Shown here: one piece after another, positions 1 through 13,654 of the stretch | Layout: every line of letters begins with the position of its first letter | How positions within the stretch are numbered: position 1 is the stretch's first letter | Origin: Enoplolaimus lenunculus | Lineage: Eukaryota | Length of the DNA: 64,000 nucleotides | NCBI GenBank assembly: GCA_030248215.1 | Contig: JASANG010004128.1 | Coordinates: forward strand, 372,001-436,000 | Reading direction: 5' to 3' | Notes under the pieces: generated by a model | Told to the model about the DNA's origin: nothing | What the model saw: the letters and a program-made list of their open reading frames with translations, nothing else | The model's database searches: none | Translations under genes and position numbers: made by a program

Positions 1-1567
1 GAGCACAATGGGAACGCGTAATATTCGCCACACGTCTATGCATCACCGTTCAATGCTAAATGCTTTGATCTACTTTACATAAAAACTGAAGAAAACCTAT
101 TTCACGCCGTTAAATGAAACTTGCTGCATGGCACCATTCAAGTATTAATTCAATTTTATTGTAGTGTGAAACATAAAATAATACCAAATTACAACAAAAC
201 GACTCGTTTCCAAGTTATCGATATGTGCGTACGATTAAAAACCAACAACAGTTCAACATTTTTACACAAAACAGCAGGTTTAAAAGTTCAAGACACCTCA
301 TGTGTTAAAAATTTAAGACAAATGATTCAACGTTTAAAAATACCCAAGACATTTTTGACTCAAGTATTTGTAGTTTAGATGTTATAATTTCTACTGATTA
401 ATGTTGCTAATCTTTAAAACATGAAGTTAGGTGCACTCTGCTTTGAAGAAGGTTTCCGCAATTTGTGTTTATATACACATAATTTGATTAAACTTCAATT
501 ACGTAACCTGCCGTTGGTTCACGGCGTCATTCTTTTCCTGCCACAAGTGTACATTTTGTGATTGATAATTACATTAATGCCATACTCAAATACGATTAGC
601 TGATGCAAATTCTCGTTTCTGATTGGCTAAATAATCGTAATCAGTTGGTTTCCAGTTTAATTTACTAAGCTATGTGGAATGAAACTGATTTACGACTATC
701 AAGTAACCAATCAGAAAACGGGCAGATTTATCCGACATAACAACATCTTGGGCTAGCCCAAGTGTTAATTCCGCTTTGGACTGGTCCAATTCAGAATTGG
801 GCTGAGTTACCCATTGGGTTTTGACATATATACAATACGTTTTGCACTGCTTAGCGATCTTTGAAGTTTGTTTTAGTGTGAAAATTTTGACAAATTATGG
901 AAGTTGTAGAAAGTCAATTAAAATTCGCACAGTCGACCAACTACGCTCATGGAACAAAATTTCTGTGGTATGCAAAGCAGGAACCTTTTACCATAATTTA
1001 CACCGTATTTCTTTTACAGCAATCGCTATATTTACATATCCCAAAGCAACACAAGCTGACTTCTGACGCACCGTTTGACTATCGTATTGTTGCTTATGCA
1101 ATTCGACTAAAAATATAGATCGGCGTACAATATTGCCAAGCTTGCAGCGCGATGCGGTTGCTGAAGTGTTCTAAGACACTTGTAGCCTGCAAGTAAACTG
1201 TTGTTATTGATGGAAAAGACGCAGAGCAACATCACAATCTATATAAAGTGAATATATTGTAACTTTTTCGCAGCAAACTTAAAAGCAAGACTTCGTTGAT
1301 TTTTTTTCAATGTGTTGCATAAAGTGACGAACGTTTGTAAGGTTTACTTAAATGTGAGTTGTTTTACTTTAACAAATATGTCTATTTAGTTCTTTAATTA
1401 ATTATGCACAAACTCACTTTTCAACTGAATACTCAATGATTCTAAATTTGAATTCATTTATTGCTTAAATTATTTATTTTTGTCCCGACAACATCTTAAA
1501 ATAAAAACCACAATACATCCCACATCCCAGTGCGTGATGTAACGGTGTTTTTGTTGTTTCTCTTTTT

Positions 1568-1721
1568 AACCCATGTAACAAGATCAGGGGCCAAGAGTTT
1601 TTCTGTGTGACAAGAATGGAATAAGCTTAAGATTTGGATTATTTTTTTGCTTGGTTTAGGCTTATGCTAGGCTTAGGAATATGCTTATCATACTGTTCCG
1701 CCCCTGTTTTTTACATTGGCC
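1568..1721 (-). mobile_element. GGCC-ended telomeric-repeat MITE (degenerate copy)
   Basis: Ends aacccatgtaacaagatcagggg / cccctgttttttacattggcc; internal TTAGGC; 8-bp TSD CTCTTTTT on both sides. Confidence 0.75.
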
Positions 1722-2121
1722 CTCTTTTTTAACATAGAATTATATGGATGAAAATTTACAGAAACGATGCCAAGCTTGCGTAATATCGGCGTTCCAACTT
1801 TAATAATGCCGCAGATTAGAGGAAGATTGTATCTCAGTCAACAATGGTTACTAAAATCTATTCGAATACTAAAAACAGATCGTAAAGTTCAATAATATAA
1901 ACATTGTTTGGTTTCAATAACAGTCAACGTGGACAATTTCGGATCTGTATATAATGAACTGCGTAATTAAGCTTGACACAGTTGAAAATATATCTACAAT
2001 AGCATTCATTATTTTTGTTCATTTGTATACACAAAATTTGAGACTAATATTAATTTAAGCAACCTTAATCCCAGTTTTGTTTACAGAAGAAAATCGCACT
2101 TTAGGACATTACAAGAAAAAC

Positions 2122-2321
2122 GGCCCATCTACTGAACAGGGCCGGAACAGTAGTATAAGCATATTCCTAAATCCCTAAGCCAAAATCTCCATCTAAGTAT
2201 AAGTGTAAGGATGAGCCTATTCCGAAGCCTAAGCCTAATTCTAAAAGCAAAAAGGTTATTCTAAAGCTTAAGCTGATTCTATTAAAGCCCCGCAGGGGAA
2301 CATTCCGGACATGTATGGGCC
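2122..2321 (+). mobile_element. GGCC-ended telomeric-repeat MITE
   Basis: Starts ggcccatctactgaacagggccggaacag, contains GCCTAA tracts, ends atgtatgggcc; TSD degenerate. Confidence 0.75.
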
Positions 2322-2551
2322 ACAAAACAATATGGAAAGTATTGCTATATCTCTCGTCTGCATTACACCCATTTTTCCTGGTAATCGAGCGATGTTGAGA
2401 TCCCCTCTTCCATGTCTTACATTCAAGACTTCAAATTTTAGAATTTCTCGTAAATAATAGGTCTAAAATAAAGTTCCAATTTCAACACTTTATTTTACAA
2501 GCGTTTGACAGAAATAATAAGTATATGTATACTTGTCGTAGTGGGACTACA

Positions 2552-3447
2552 TTTATTGAGCGAAGCTCGAACACACGTAAGCCATTAAGGTAATATGCAA
2601 ATTAGTTATTAGCTAACTATTCATTTATCGGTTTTGGAGGTTTGTAAGCAATTTCCTCAGATTCCTCGCACCCAAAAACCCTTCAGCCACCCTATAATTT
2701 TTGGAATAATTAAAAAGTCCTAATTTTGTCTTGTCAATTAAGCTAATATGCAAATTAACTATTAGCTAACTATTCTATTATCGGTTTTGGAGGTTTGTAA
2801 ACAATTTATTCAGATTTATCGCACCTAAAAACCTTCAGTGAACCCTAAAATTTATTGAAATAATTTAAAAAGTCCTAGTTTTGTCTTGTCAATTAAGCTA
2901 ATATGCAAATTAGCTATTAGCTAACTATTCAATTATCGGTTTTGGCCTTTACTGCTGAAATTATATTGCTTTTAACCATAATAATTAGTGAAATATTGTA
3001 AAAAGTCCTAATTTAGGCTTATAAACTATGCTAATATGCAAATTATCTAGTAGCTAACTGTTAAATCATCGGTTTTGGAGGTTTGTAATCAGTCTACGCA
3101 GATTCCTCGCACCCAAAAACCCTTTAATGCTAAAATTAGATTGCTTCTAACTGTAATAATTAGTGAAATATTGTGGAAAGTACTAATTTAGGCTTAATTA
3201 ATTATGCAAATTAGCCTGTAGCTAATAAACAGCTCAAAATTTTAAAACCCAATTCGAGGTTAACACCCCAGGATAAATGGCTTTCAAACAAAAAAAAAGT
3301 TTATCAAAATCGGTTCGGCCGTTCCTGAGATTCTTTTCGGACGGACAGACGGACAGACGGACATCCACCTTTCGACCCCCAAGTACAAAACATAAAACGC
3401 TTCGCGAAACTCCGAGCTTCGCTCGGAGTTTCGCTTCGCTCAATAAA
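2552..3447 (+). mobile_element. Helentron/HINE (DINE-1-like) non-autonomous element with internal ~140-bp tandem repeats
   Basis: Terminal inverted motif TTATTGAGCGAAGC...GCTTCGCTCAATAA, 3' stem-loop GCGAAACTCCGAGC-TTC-GCTCGGAGTTTCGC, GGACAGAC microsatellite, repeated GCTAATATGCAAATTAGCTATTAGCTAACT units; a related copy lies at ~52000-52520. Confidence 0.65.
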
Positions 3448-3483
3448 TTAAGACATGTTAGCATTCTCTCGTGAAATATCTCC

Positions 3484-3700
3484 AGGGCCTGTATTCTCAA
3501 GTGTGTCTAACATCTTTCACAAGTTGGTGATAGGTCTTGTTACTTTCGAACCAGTGAATGCTGAGGCTCAAAGTTTAGTACATTTTTTCGCATGTGACTT
3601 GCTCTACTCGTGTACCAATTCTGATTTCAACAGCTACAATAGTTAGTGAGTATGAAAACCTATTCCTACTGATAGTTATGCACATTTGAGATTTGATCTG
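3484..3700 (+). repeat. Dispersed MITE-like repeat; inverted copy at ~10208-10390
   Basis: Shares TTCGAACCAGTGAATGCTGAGGCTCAAA...GCATGTGA core with the reverse complement of 10208-10390. Confidence 0.65.
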
Positions 3701-4964
3701 CTATGGAGACTACATACTAACAAATGCTAATTAGAGATATAAATTCTTATTAGTTGGGACTAACAATGTGACCGTGTCTTTCTGCCCTCTCTTATCCGTG
3801 TCAATACAGTGCACTATTGATAATACAAATGGAAAGCTTTAAATACAGGACAATTATGTTTTGAATTTAAGAAATTTGACTCTTTTTACAATTGTAATGT
3901 TTAATCTTATTGAAAATTGGATATTAGGTTTTAACCAATTTTTGCACGAAATTCTGACTTTTTCAAACGAAACAACGCCGAAGATTCAAAACATTAAAGT
4001 GTTATTTTTAAGACATGACTTTTCTTGGCATTTATGAAAATATTTGATTTTTTTGTGCGTAGTAGCACTGAGTAAAGTAAAGTTTGGAATTTAGCATAGG
4101 AAGAACTTGGTGGCTCTAATCGACGTCTAACCCTGCTTCGAAACTTTTAACGCTATTTGTTCAATTTTCACACAATCCTTCTCTTGTTAATAAAACAAAT
4201 AGACCTCTATAAGCGCCCAGCTTAGCGAACAGTTTCACAAGTTAATAGCATTCTGTAAACAGTCAAATAAGTTTATAAAATTTTATTCTTTTCTTAAACT
4301 TTAAAATGCTAGCTCAGATCCGCATTTTATAATCGTTTCAGTGAAGCATAGCAAAAATAAGCTTACAGCTTACACAATACCTCGCTGATTCGCTTTATTA
4401 ATACTACGATCGCTTAGTAGAAGTAGAAAGAGACCAATGCGTCGTTTACAGCTCATATGTTCATTATTTCACAATTTTGAATTTGTGACATTTTGCTCCA
4501 GGCGCTGGTTCTCGCTTTGTAGTGATTTTAATAACGTTCACAAAACATCTAGAAAATTAATATAAAAATAAAATTGGATATGAGAAGTTGGGATTTCAAA
4601 TGTGTCAAATTTATATATATATAATAAGGGCACAATTGACTTGTAAAAAACATTTGTGATTTAGTTTGTGGCAACAGTCATTATTTGTTGAAAACACATG
4701 TGTATTGATGACTGCATCATATTTAGCTACTAATTATAGTCTAAATTAAAGACCAACAAAGTTGTTAAAAATACAATATAAAGTGCGATTTTCAACAATT
4801 AGATATATCTAAGAACTATCGGATCCAAGTGTAGATTGCAAATTTAGCAGCGTATAAGCAAATTATTTCATTTATGTTTCGATATGCCAACAGCACCCTT
4901 GTAAATAGCAAACAGTCCTAAGTAATATATATCCTCGACGCCAAATTCAATTTTCCTTTCTGCC

Positions 4965-7900
4965 ATGAAGCCAATTTGTAAACGATGCATTTGCTGCAGT
5001 TTAAGGTTTGGAGCAACAATTATTGCCATTTATGGAGTGGTAAGTGTGATTTGTTGCCATAAACTACCTGGTATTTACGACTGTATTTCTAAGCATATGT
5101 AGTGCGCAGTAAAACTAGGTAAAATGCGAATTTAGCTTATATATTTGTTGTTGAGACAATACTAGAGGCAGTGGTGGATCCTGAGTTTCTCGGTATGCTG
5201 CAAAAAATGATGAGTCAAATTGACTGTCAGAAATAGGCTTTTCCAGACTACACAAACTGAGTCAAAATTCGACTCCGCCAGAGTCAAACTTGACTCAATT
5301 TGTCTCCGGCGGAGTCGAATTTTGACTCAGTTTGTGTAGTCAGCAAAAGCCTATTTCGGAGAGTCAATTTGACTCACCATTGTTTGCAGTGTAGGAAATT
5401 CAAGGTTGAATTTTGACATGTATTAGTTTATACATTTCTTCAAGATTTTAGTTGTTGTTACGCTATTATTGCATAAGTCGAGATATGAACAATAAATACA
5501 AGAAATTTTAGCGCAATGAACGCAAAATCTTTCGCCCGCCTTAAAATATGAAATGAATGTGTACTGTAAATCCAACTTCGCGAGTTCAACCATACAAACT
5601 GCTCGAAAGGTTGACATTTGAATACTGAAAATGATTTGGTTCTCTAATTTTTTCGTATTCCACAGTTGCAATAGAACTTATGTTTATATCTATGTTGTTA
5701 TTGTGTATTTTAGATTGCATATGCGGTTATTCTGGGAATCACAATATGGTGGCTTGGGGACGATGGTATGTTTTACTTCTCCGGTTTAATTATGTTTATG
5801 ACTCTACACCTGCTAATTGAAATATTCCTATAGTTGAAAAAATGATGGATAAATTTATAAAAAAGCGGCAAAACTTTGCTAATAAAATTAGTCAAACTCA
5901 ATTGTTAAAATTTTAATGCGTCATCGTATATTTGTATAAAAGTAAGGACAAATGTATAGAACAGGGGCGCAACTGAAGTATAATAAGCATATTCCTAAGT
6001 CTAAGCCTAAGCCTAGGCAAAAAATGTCAAAGCTTCAGATTATATACTCTATTTTAGTCTCACGGAATAACGTTTTGTATTTGCGTAAATTAACAAGGTA
6101 TGTAAGAGAAGTGAGTACAAGATCAGTAAAAAATAACACACGCAGCGCAAGATAAAATTTTAAAAAGCTCGACGTTTAGCTTGGGGTCATTTCTGTTATC
6201 CCCCAAGTCCTCGTTTGCCTAAAAGTGGTCGGATTTTGAAAATTTTTGCATTACAGTCCACACGATTGATGGTTTGACACTAGCAGCATTAAATATTGTT
6301 GATAAATATTAAGGTGCACATTCAAAAACCAAACTTGAGCAAATAACAAATGAAATTTGTAAATATTTCACCTAACTGTTATTCTTAACTGTGTCGTACG
6401 GCACTTGTTCACTTCACCCAAATTTTTGTAGCTACATTTAGGTATGAATATGCCATAAAAACTGATTAAATTACAATGTTTGGCTGGTGTATAACTCGGA
6501 ATCATGTGAATATAAAAACTGACTGTTATACAGTTTTTGTTTAGATTTGGTATTAAAGTTTTAATCCCTTACAAGCTGTTGTACACATTTCCTCCACACA
6601 GAAAGATCTTCGTTAATGTCTCCGTGTGACTGCCGCCCATCCCCCCCTCTTAATACGCCCTAACTTTGAGGGATTCTGAGCAGAATCGGTTGATACCGTT
6701 CCTCAAACCCCCGCACTAAGCAATTTACTACTGTTGCAGCAAAATTTTATAATGAAATGCTTTGACGTTTTTGTTTTAAGTTGTGGGAGCTCAGGGGCTG
6801 TAGATGTCTTAAATGGAACTTAAAATCTCATGCAAGCATTAGCTGCGTATAGCTATGTATACGGGCTAAACCTGTTCTTAAGACTAATCAAAAACTGTAC
6901 ATGAGCGAATTTCTCTATTTTATTTATTTTTTCAGATGTAGGTATATAAAACCAAATCTTTGTTTTGAAATGAAATTTAATCTATTTTTATATCGTATTC
7001 GCACATAAACGGAGCTACTAAAACGTCGGCGGAAATGAACAAGAGCCGTGCAGCATCTTTAAGTATCGTAAGCTGACAATAAATCAGCTTTGAGCCACCG
7101 AAAAAATTTTGTTAAATACTGCATGTTTCAGCCGCAGACGTTTTGTAGCGCTGTAAGAAATTTCGCTAATAGTAAAACCTATCACTCACTGGTGACAACC
7201 GTTTAAGACTTTGGATCATAATCAATATTTCATTAAAGACTGAACCTAATTTACCATATTCATATAGAATATTTATTAAAATAAGACGACAGAACTGCAT
7301 AAGGCCTGTATGAATTGTTTCAGGAATGTCCGTCATTAGTGCGTTTTTTCTAGTTGCTGTGTATTTTGTAATATTGATTGCGTTTGTGATATTAACCATG
7401 TCGTTGATGTTGCAGGTGAGAACATTAAATATAAAACTGTTGTCAGCTATTGTTTATAACTAAAAATCTATTTGCAAAGTGAAAAAGGTTTTGTGGCACT
7501 GGAATAGTCGTGTTTGACAACTTTTCTTTGTCTGAAATCTAACTGGCATATAACTCATATTTGCTATTTTCAAGCAGAACGTTTTAACTTCATTGCTGCT
7601 TGCAATATAAAAATAGCATAATTTTTAAAACACGACATTTCATGAAACCAATGGATTGTTGTGAAGCTGTGCTCGTAAAAACTTGGATTCCAAATCTATA
7701 ATTCTATTCCATCATGCAGTTTACCTTTTGACGCTGAAAGATACAAAACAAAAGTACACTGCGAAAAATAGTCAGTCAAATTGGCTCTCTCCGAAATAGG
7801 CTTTTCATGACTACGCAAACTGATTCAAAATTCGACTCCTCCAGTGTCTAATTCAATTCACCGAATCGCTCAGTGAGTCGAATTTGACTCAGTTTGTGGA

Positions 7901-10900
7901 GACAGGAAAAGCCTATTTCGGAGAGAGTCAATTTGACTCACCATTTTTTACAGTGTTGGGAAAAATCAACTCGGACCATCATTTTGAGGCATCTTAAAAT
8001 GTGAAGCAACCAGCTTTTAAAGTACAGCATTTTTCATACTATTGATATACGAATTATAAAGTATGGTTAGAGCACTCGTGCAGAACTCGTGCTATCGCAC
8101 TCGTTCCACACTTGTGCGTGCACTCGTTTTTTGATTCACTTGCACAGCAAGAAAGCGATGCTCTCGTGCCAACACTCGTCTCACGTCGTTCGGCTCGTGC
8201 CGCACACTTGACTCATCGCAGCAGCGTGCGTTCATATCTCGGAAGAACGCAAAACTGTGCTACAACTATTAAAAATTTCTTTCAGAAAGATAACACGTCA
8301 ACCGTAAAACTATGGCTCATTGTTGTTGGATTTTTGTTTATTCCCGAAGCTGTGTTAAATATTTATACGTGCATTTGGCATATGGTAAGCTTCTAAACAA
8401 TCTTACTGGCTGCAGGCCAAAAAGTTGCAAACAGTGTAAGGGTTGCGCTATATTCACCGCTCGCCGCTGGACGCCGCAGCGGCGCGTCATTGAAAGCCAC
8501 CGAATAACTATGAATCAAAACCTTAAACAGCGACTTAGAAAACGAAAAGGCTGGGAGTAACAAAAATGAGTTTGATAACATAGAAAGCAGTTAATTTTAT
8601 AAGGGCGCACTCAATTAGAGACCGCCTATATGTAAAATAACTCGTTGATTTAGCTCTTTGCTAGAATGAACCAGTGTCTTCACATTTCAGGGCACCGAAA
8701 CGAAATTAGGAAGAGGACTTTTAGCATTTTTCGTCCTGCGTGGGATTGTTAATGTACGTTATTTTATCGAAAAACAATTTTGACAGAATCTATCATAGAA
8801 TCTTCGGTACTGTTATAGAACAACAGTATTTGTTCAGCGATGTTATCATACGCACATTATAGTCTTTTGCAAACTTTATTCGGTTGTATATAGAGTTTAT
8901 CTCACGCGTGTAAAAAAATTCAGTTTTTACCCGTTGCAAACTATTAAGTTTTATTAAGGTGGAAAACCTACGCTATTGTCTGTTTTATTTCTGGTGAGGT
9001 GAAATCCGTGCTTTATTTAGCTGGGTTTGAAATTTTGTTGTTTCTAGTTAAATTTCATTTGTAAAATTCATTGAAGCTATATCGTAGAACTTCATTAAAG
9101 CGCGAATCACTAGAGATCTATAAAATACTGGTTTAACTTCAGGCGCGGGCAAAAGGTGGGTCGTAGGTACCTCTTATTTGCACGGGCATACCCATGGGTA
9201 AAAAATTCTTGTTTGCGTGGGTAAAGAGCAAGTCGGGTAAAAAATCCTCACCCGCTTCCCACTCTGATCAAAATAAACTTTCCGTGTTTTAAAGGGTTTT
9301 TATTAGAGTTTCTCGTTTGAAAAAACGCTTGAAAAATGCTGCTTAAGACGCTAAAAAGCTGTTGAAATTTTATAGCGTTTTACATTTTGACCCGACTCTG
9401 TCGTGATTAAAATTCACGTATTTAAACGGTTGTACACTTCAAAATTGGTAAGTCAAATTTACCCTCTCTGAAATAGGTTTTTCCTGACTACACAAACTGA
9501 GTCAAAATTCGACTCCGCCAGAGTCAAATTGAGTCGAATTTATTCACTCAGTTTGTGTAGTCAGGAAAAGCCTATTTCAGAGAAAGTCAGGCTCACCATT
9601 TTTTGCAGTGTAAGTGTCATCAAAATATTAGATTTAGTATAACCATAAATATACAATAGCCGAATTCAGTCGACGAAGAACTATTGCTGGAGAAAATTTT
9701 TGTCCAATCATTACCTATATAAAATTTCAGATTGTAGCATTGGTTTTTCTATACTCTTTTTACCAAGAAAGTCAAAACCACCAAGATCCTTTCAAAGCTA
9801 TGCATACGGTAAGAAACTGCGAATGCCTTAAAACTGTAGTTTGTTTCGTAGAACAGCGGGTTTTGGAAGCCAAGTACACTGACAATGATTCAAAATTTGT
9901 TAATGTAACATTTTAAATGTATCTTTCCAGTCGAAATTGACCTGAATACCTGATTTGAAAAGACCTCACACGACTTAGGCTTATTATTGTTATACCAAGA
10001 GTGCATGATACTTTTTCACAACAGTATGCAACTGTGTGCATTTTGTGTAGAAAAGAATGTACCCGACACGAATTTTTGTCCTATTCATATTTGTTTGGGG
10101 GAGAGGGTGTTAAAACCACGAAATTGGACAAAGATGCTAATGAAATGTGTGGTAAAAATTCCACTTATATTCTAGGCGTTATTATTATTTCGTCTTCTGT
10201 TTTGCGCTAGGCCAATATTCTCAAATGCGTATAGCGACTATCATCAACACTAGGTTTTCAAACTCATATAGCAAATCACATGCAAAAAATGCGCTGAAAT
10301 TTTGAGCCTCAGCATTCACTGGTTCGAAAGCCACAATACCTATTACAAACTGGTGATAGGTGCTATACACACATTTAACAATACGGGAACTCAGCTCGAC
10401 CCCCACCGTAAATTGAGTCTAAGGGGTATGGAAAAATACAACGAGCGCTGGTACTGAGTGCCACGCATATTTGAAGAAGTTGCACACTTACATTTAAAGG
10501 GTCATTATCAACTTTTGCTGTTACCAATTGAAATCGCTTACACTTATACCGTATACGATAGAATCGTAGTCATATATTTTCACGGTTAACCACACCGTCC
10601 CTTTAGTAAATATCAAAATTACATTTAAATCTACCAACTACAAATTTTAATGGCTGTTACCCCAAAGCTATTGAAAAAGAATAATTAATGCTAAATACTG
10701 TCAAGAACGTAACGTTTTGTCCCACTTTGATGACCATGGTCGAATAACTAAATGCCAGTAATTTTATTATAGTCTTCATCGCTTGCGTTGGTGCCGTACG
10801 GCGAATCATTACCAACACCAATTGCTCCAACTCGCCGAAATCGAAAACGATCAATTCAAGACAATCAACAAAACCAACCACTTCCTGCTGTGCTACCGGT

Positions 10901-12443
10901 TCCCATTTCAGATTTGCCTCCAATGGCGCCAGCTTCGAATCTTCCTATGCTACCATGGCGACCAAATCCTACAGAAAAATCACAGCAGCATTCAAAATCG
11001 GTCGCACTTTACACAGGTGGTATACCGGACGTGCTGTACAGTCCAACAGGACATGCCGTTATCGAGCGAGATCATGGTAGACCTGTATCGGCGGGCAAAC
11101 AAATCTTGTACACCCCACTGCCAGAAACAAATGGCGATAATAAGCGAAAGCGAAGCCGAGATGACAAAAATAGTATTTATTCAAAATCAACACCAAATCC
11201 GCACATTGAACTCGCACCATCTGATACGGAATCCCTGGCGGCTGGCTCATCAGCAACATCTGATCAAATTAATAATGCAAAATATGGAAACAAAATAGTG
11301 TCTGCTAAAAGCGGAATACCTTCATACCTGAACACGTCTACTCCTAGTCTCGCACTAACTGAAGCAATCATGAGACCCCGGTTGCCCATATTTACAGTGC
11401 CATATACATCACGAAGCCTTCTAGCAGTACAATATTTGCGACCGATTAGATATCCGGATGGTGTCAATATGGGACATTTTCCTCTTTATCCTCCACTTAG
11501 GGTTGGATTGCCACAAGTTCCACGTTTTCCACACATGTCACGGCCTGTCGTTACACAGCCTCCACGACCGGTTTATCTAACCGATCCATACAGCCGCGCT
11601 CCTCGAATGATAAATTATCTCCCGCTGCCGCCACCGAGACGAATCCGTGATCTTAAACCAATGTCACCAGATCAACTTATTCTAAGACCTGTGCCGTTAT
11701 ATACAACAAACAGGTTTAATGAAACTAATTTGTCAGCACTTGCTCGTCCGTCCCAAATCGCAAGACCGTACTATTCAAGTAATGCTTCTTCTAACCTCCA
11801 AAACTCTAGTAATTTTAATCAGCTAGCTATGGTACCGTATTCACCGGTAGCTAAATCTCAAATCCCAGGCCCAAAATACAACCTTGCTACCAACTCGAAC
11901 CTGTTGATCAACCAAGAGGTTGCATCAACTGAGTTCAACGCACAGAACCCTCTCGACATAACCAGGAAACCAAATTTAAATCCCATTCCAGTCGGTACAA
12001 CGTTTGACGTTGATCAACATACCGAAATAAGTTTTGTCAATTTGTTGAATTCAATTTCGCAGCCAGCCGCAAGCGGTCACAAAAACCGCAGCCAGCACAG
12101 TGAATTTGACCACAACGCGCAACTGCCAAAAGCTTCCGCACGATCCATCCGTGACCAAATTTCATCGCAAGGTCGACAAAAATATTCGGACAGCAACCGC
12201 TCCAGACCGATAGTCGAAAACCGGCAACAAAAGTCTATTGACAATGGTACACATGAACGAAACCAAGAAAACAAATTCGACAAAGCGAAGTCTGACTATT
12301 TGGAAACCAACGACGCGTATTTTGCGAAACAACGTTACGATCGAGACATGGAAAAAACTCGAGGGCAATGGCGATACAGCGACACACACAGCAATTTTGA
12401 CATTAATCCTGGGTACTATAGCGGTTCAAGTGGGTCAAGATAA
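4965..12443 (+). CDS. Four-TM LAPTM-like membrane protein with very long Pro-rich C-terminal tail (7 exons, 709 aa predicted)
   Basis: Hand-built exons with GT-AG sites and matching phases: 4965-5039 (MKPICKRCICCSLRFGATIIAIYGV), 5714-5765 (IAYAVILGITIWWLGDD), 7324-7415 (GMSVISAFFLVAVYFVILIAFVILTMSLMLQ), 8286-8384 (KDNTSTVKLWLIVVGFLFIPEAVLNIYTCIWHM), 8691-8753 (GTETKLGRGLLAFFVLRGIVN), 9731-9808 (IVALVFLYSFYQE...), 10773-12443 (in frame with track ORF 10788..12443). The CCSLRFG motif before TM1 and four hydrophobic segments resemble LAPTM-type tetraspan proteins; the family call is from motif recall, not a search. Confidence 0.8.
5196..5391. mobile_element. Palindromic CACTG...CAGTG MITE (TA-flanked), copy 1
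   Basis: Near-full-length hairpin (CTGCAAAAAATGxTGAGTCAAATTGACT...), >=4 copies in window. Confidence 0.85.
5945..6080 (+). mobile_element. Truncated GGCC-family telomeric-repeat MITE
   Basis: atgtatagaacaggggcg...taagcatattcctaagtctaagcctaagcc; right TIR lost. Confidence 0.6.
7757..7955. mobile_element. Palindromic CACTG...CAGTG MITE, copy 2
   Basis: Same sequence family as 5196-5391; long inverted arms. Confidence 0.85.
9435..9610. mobile_element. Palindromic CACTG...CAGTG MITE, copy 3
   Basis: TA-CAC...CAGTG-TA; same family. Confidence 0.85.
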
Positions 12444-13654
12444 ACATTTATCAAAAATACCATAGATATGTTCAATTTTTCTAACTAAATCTAGAAAGTG
12501 ACGTTTTGGGTACAACCGGGAGCTCGGTTTAACGACTCAGGTGTAGTTCTCACCCGAGTTTTAGTAATTTGGATGGTAAATTTTTTATAGGTATAGCGCA
12601 ACCCTTAAGAGTTTGTAACCTTGGTGTAAAGCTTAAAATGTAGTGATTTTTCAAAAATTAATAAAAATTGTGGCTACACTCTTAGTTAACGGTTAATGCA
12701 TTTGGCGAATTCAAAATCTTTTTTATCGTTTTATTTTCGCTTCACTTCCGGCTCCGATCACGGTTTGATGTGCGGCAAAGTTTGTTGACCTCCGGTCTGC
12801 GGATCCTATCCATTTCGGTTTACGCATTGGGTTTTATAGACGCAGGAAGGATCATAACTTATTAATATTTTATTACTAAAAGTTTAACGCATTTCGGGAC
12901 AAATAGTACATCATTGCTTGACATGACAAGTTGTTTTCAATACAGAAATTAAATTTACTGTCAGAACAATTGAACAAAGGTATGTATCTGGTTAGATATC
13001 AGTAAATGGTAAAGTATCACACTTAACTTTTAGTTGTTAATAAACTATTGAATTACTTTGCACCTTCAAACGATGTGTTGATTTTATGGCAGCAAGCAGC
13101 GATACGTATCTCCCTATAATTCGGCGATATTTTAAAATCGTGTTTGGCAGGTGGTATAATGAAACCGGCGCAAAATATAATTATAGCTAACTGCCCACAG
13201 ACTGAAGGACTTGGAGGATGTGAGGCTTAGGCTTAAGCTTAGGTTTAGGTTTGAATTTGGCTTTAGCTTGTATGCCTAAAATCCGAATAAACTAAGTAAC
13301 AAATATTCTCCATACAGAGTTAAAAGTTTTGCACTTGTAGCTTTTAAGACTAAATTTTTCGTTCAACTTGCTTCGAAGCTTTTTAGTATTTTCATTTCTG
13401 TAAGCAAACGAGCAGCATCTTACGTGAAATTACTTTTTTTCACAGTTTAGTACTTTTCATAAGTTTTAATTTTGTCAACGAAAAACAGCCGCAGTCCTAA
13501 TCGTGAAAAATTTAACACAGTTGGACTCAGCTTCACAAAATGCGTTGAATTGTATATAATTAATTTGTATAACTTCTTAGCAAAAAACTTTGGGTCCAAA
13601 GGAAGGACCCTTGGATGGAACTCAAAGATAATAAACTGAAAATTTTTCGCTTAA

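Noticed and set aside
10788..12443. Stand-alone intronless 551-aa gene or transposon/viral ORF
   Set aside because: Starts at TTG, has an acceptor 15 nt upstream in phase with the TM exons, and shows no gag, transposase or RT motifs.
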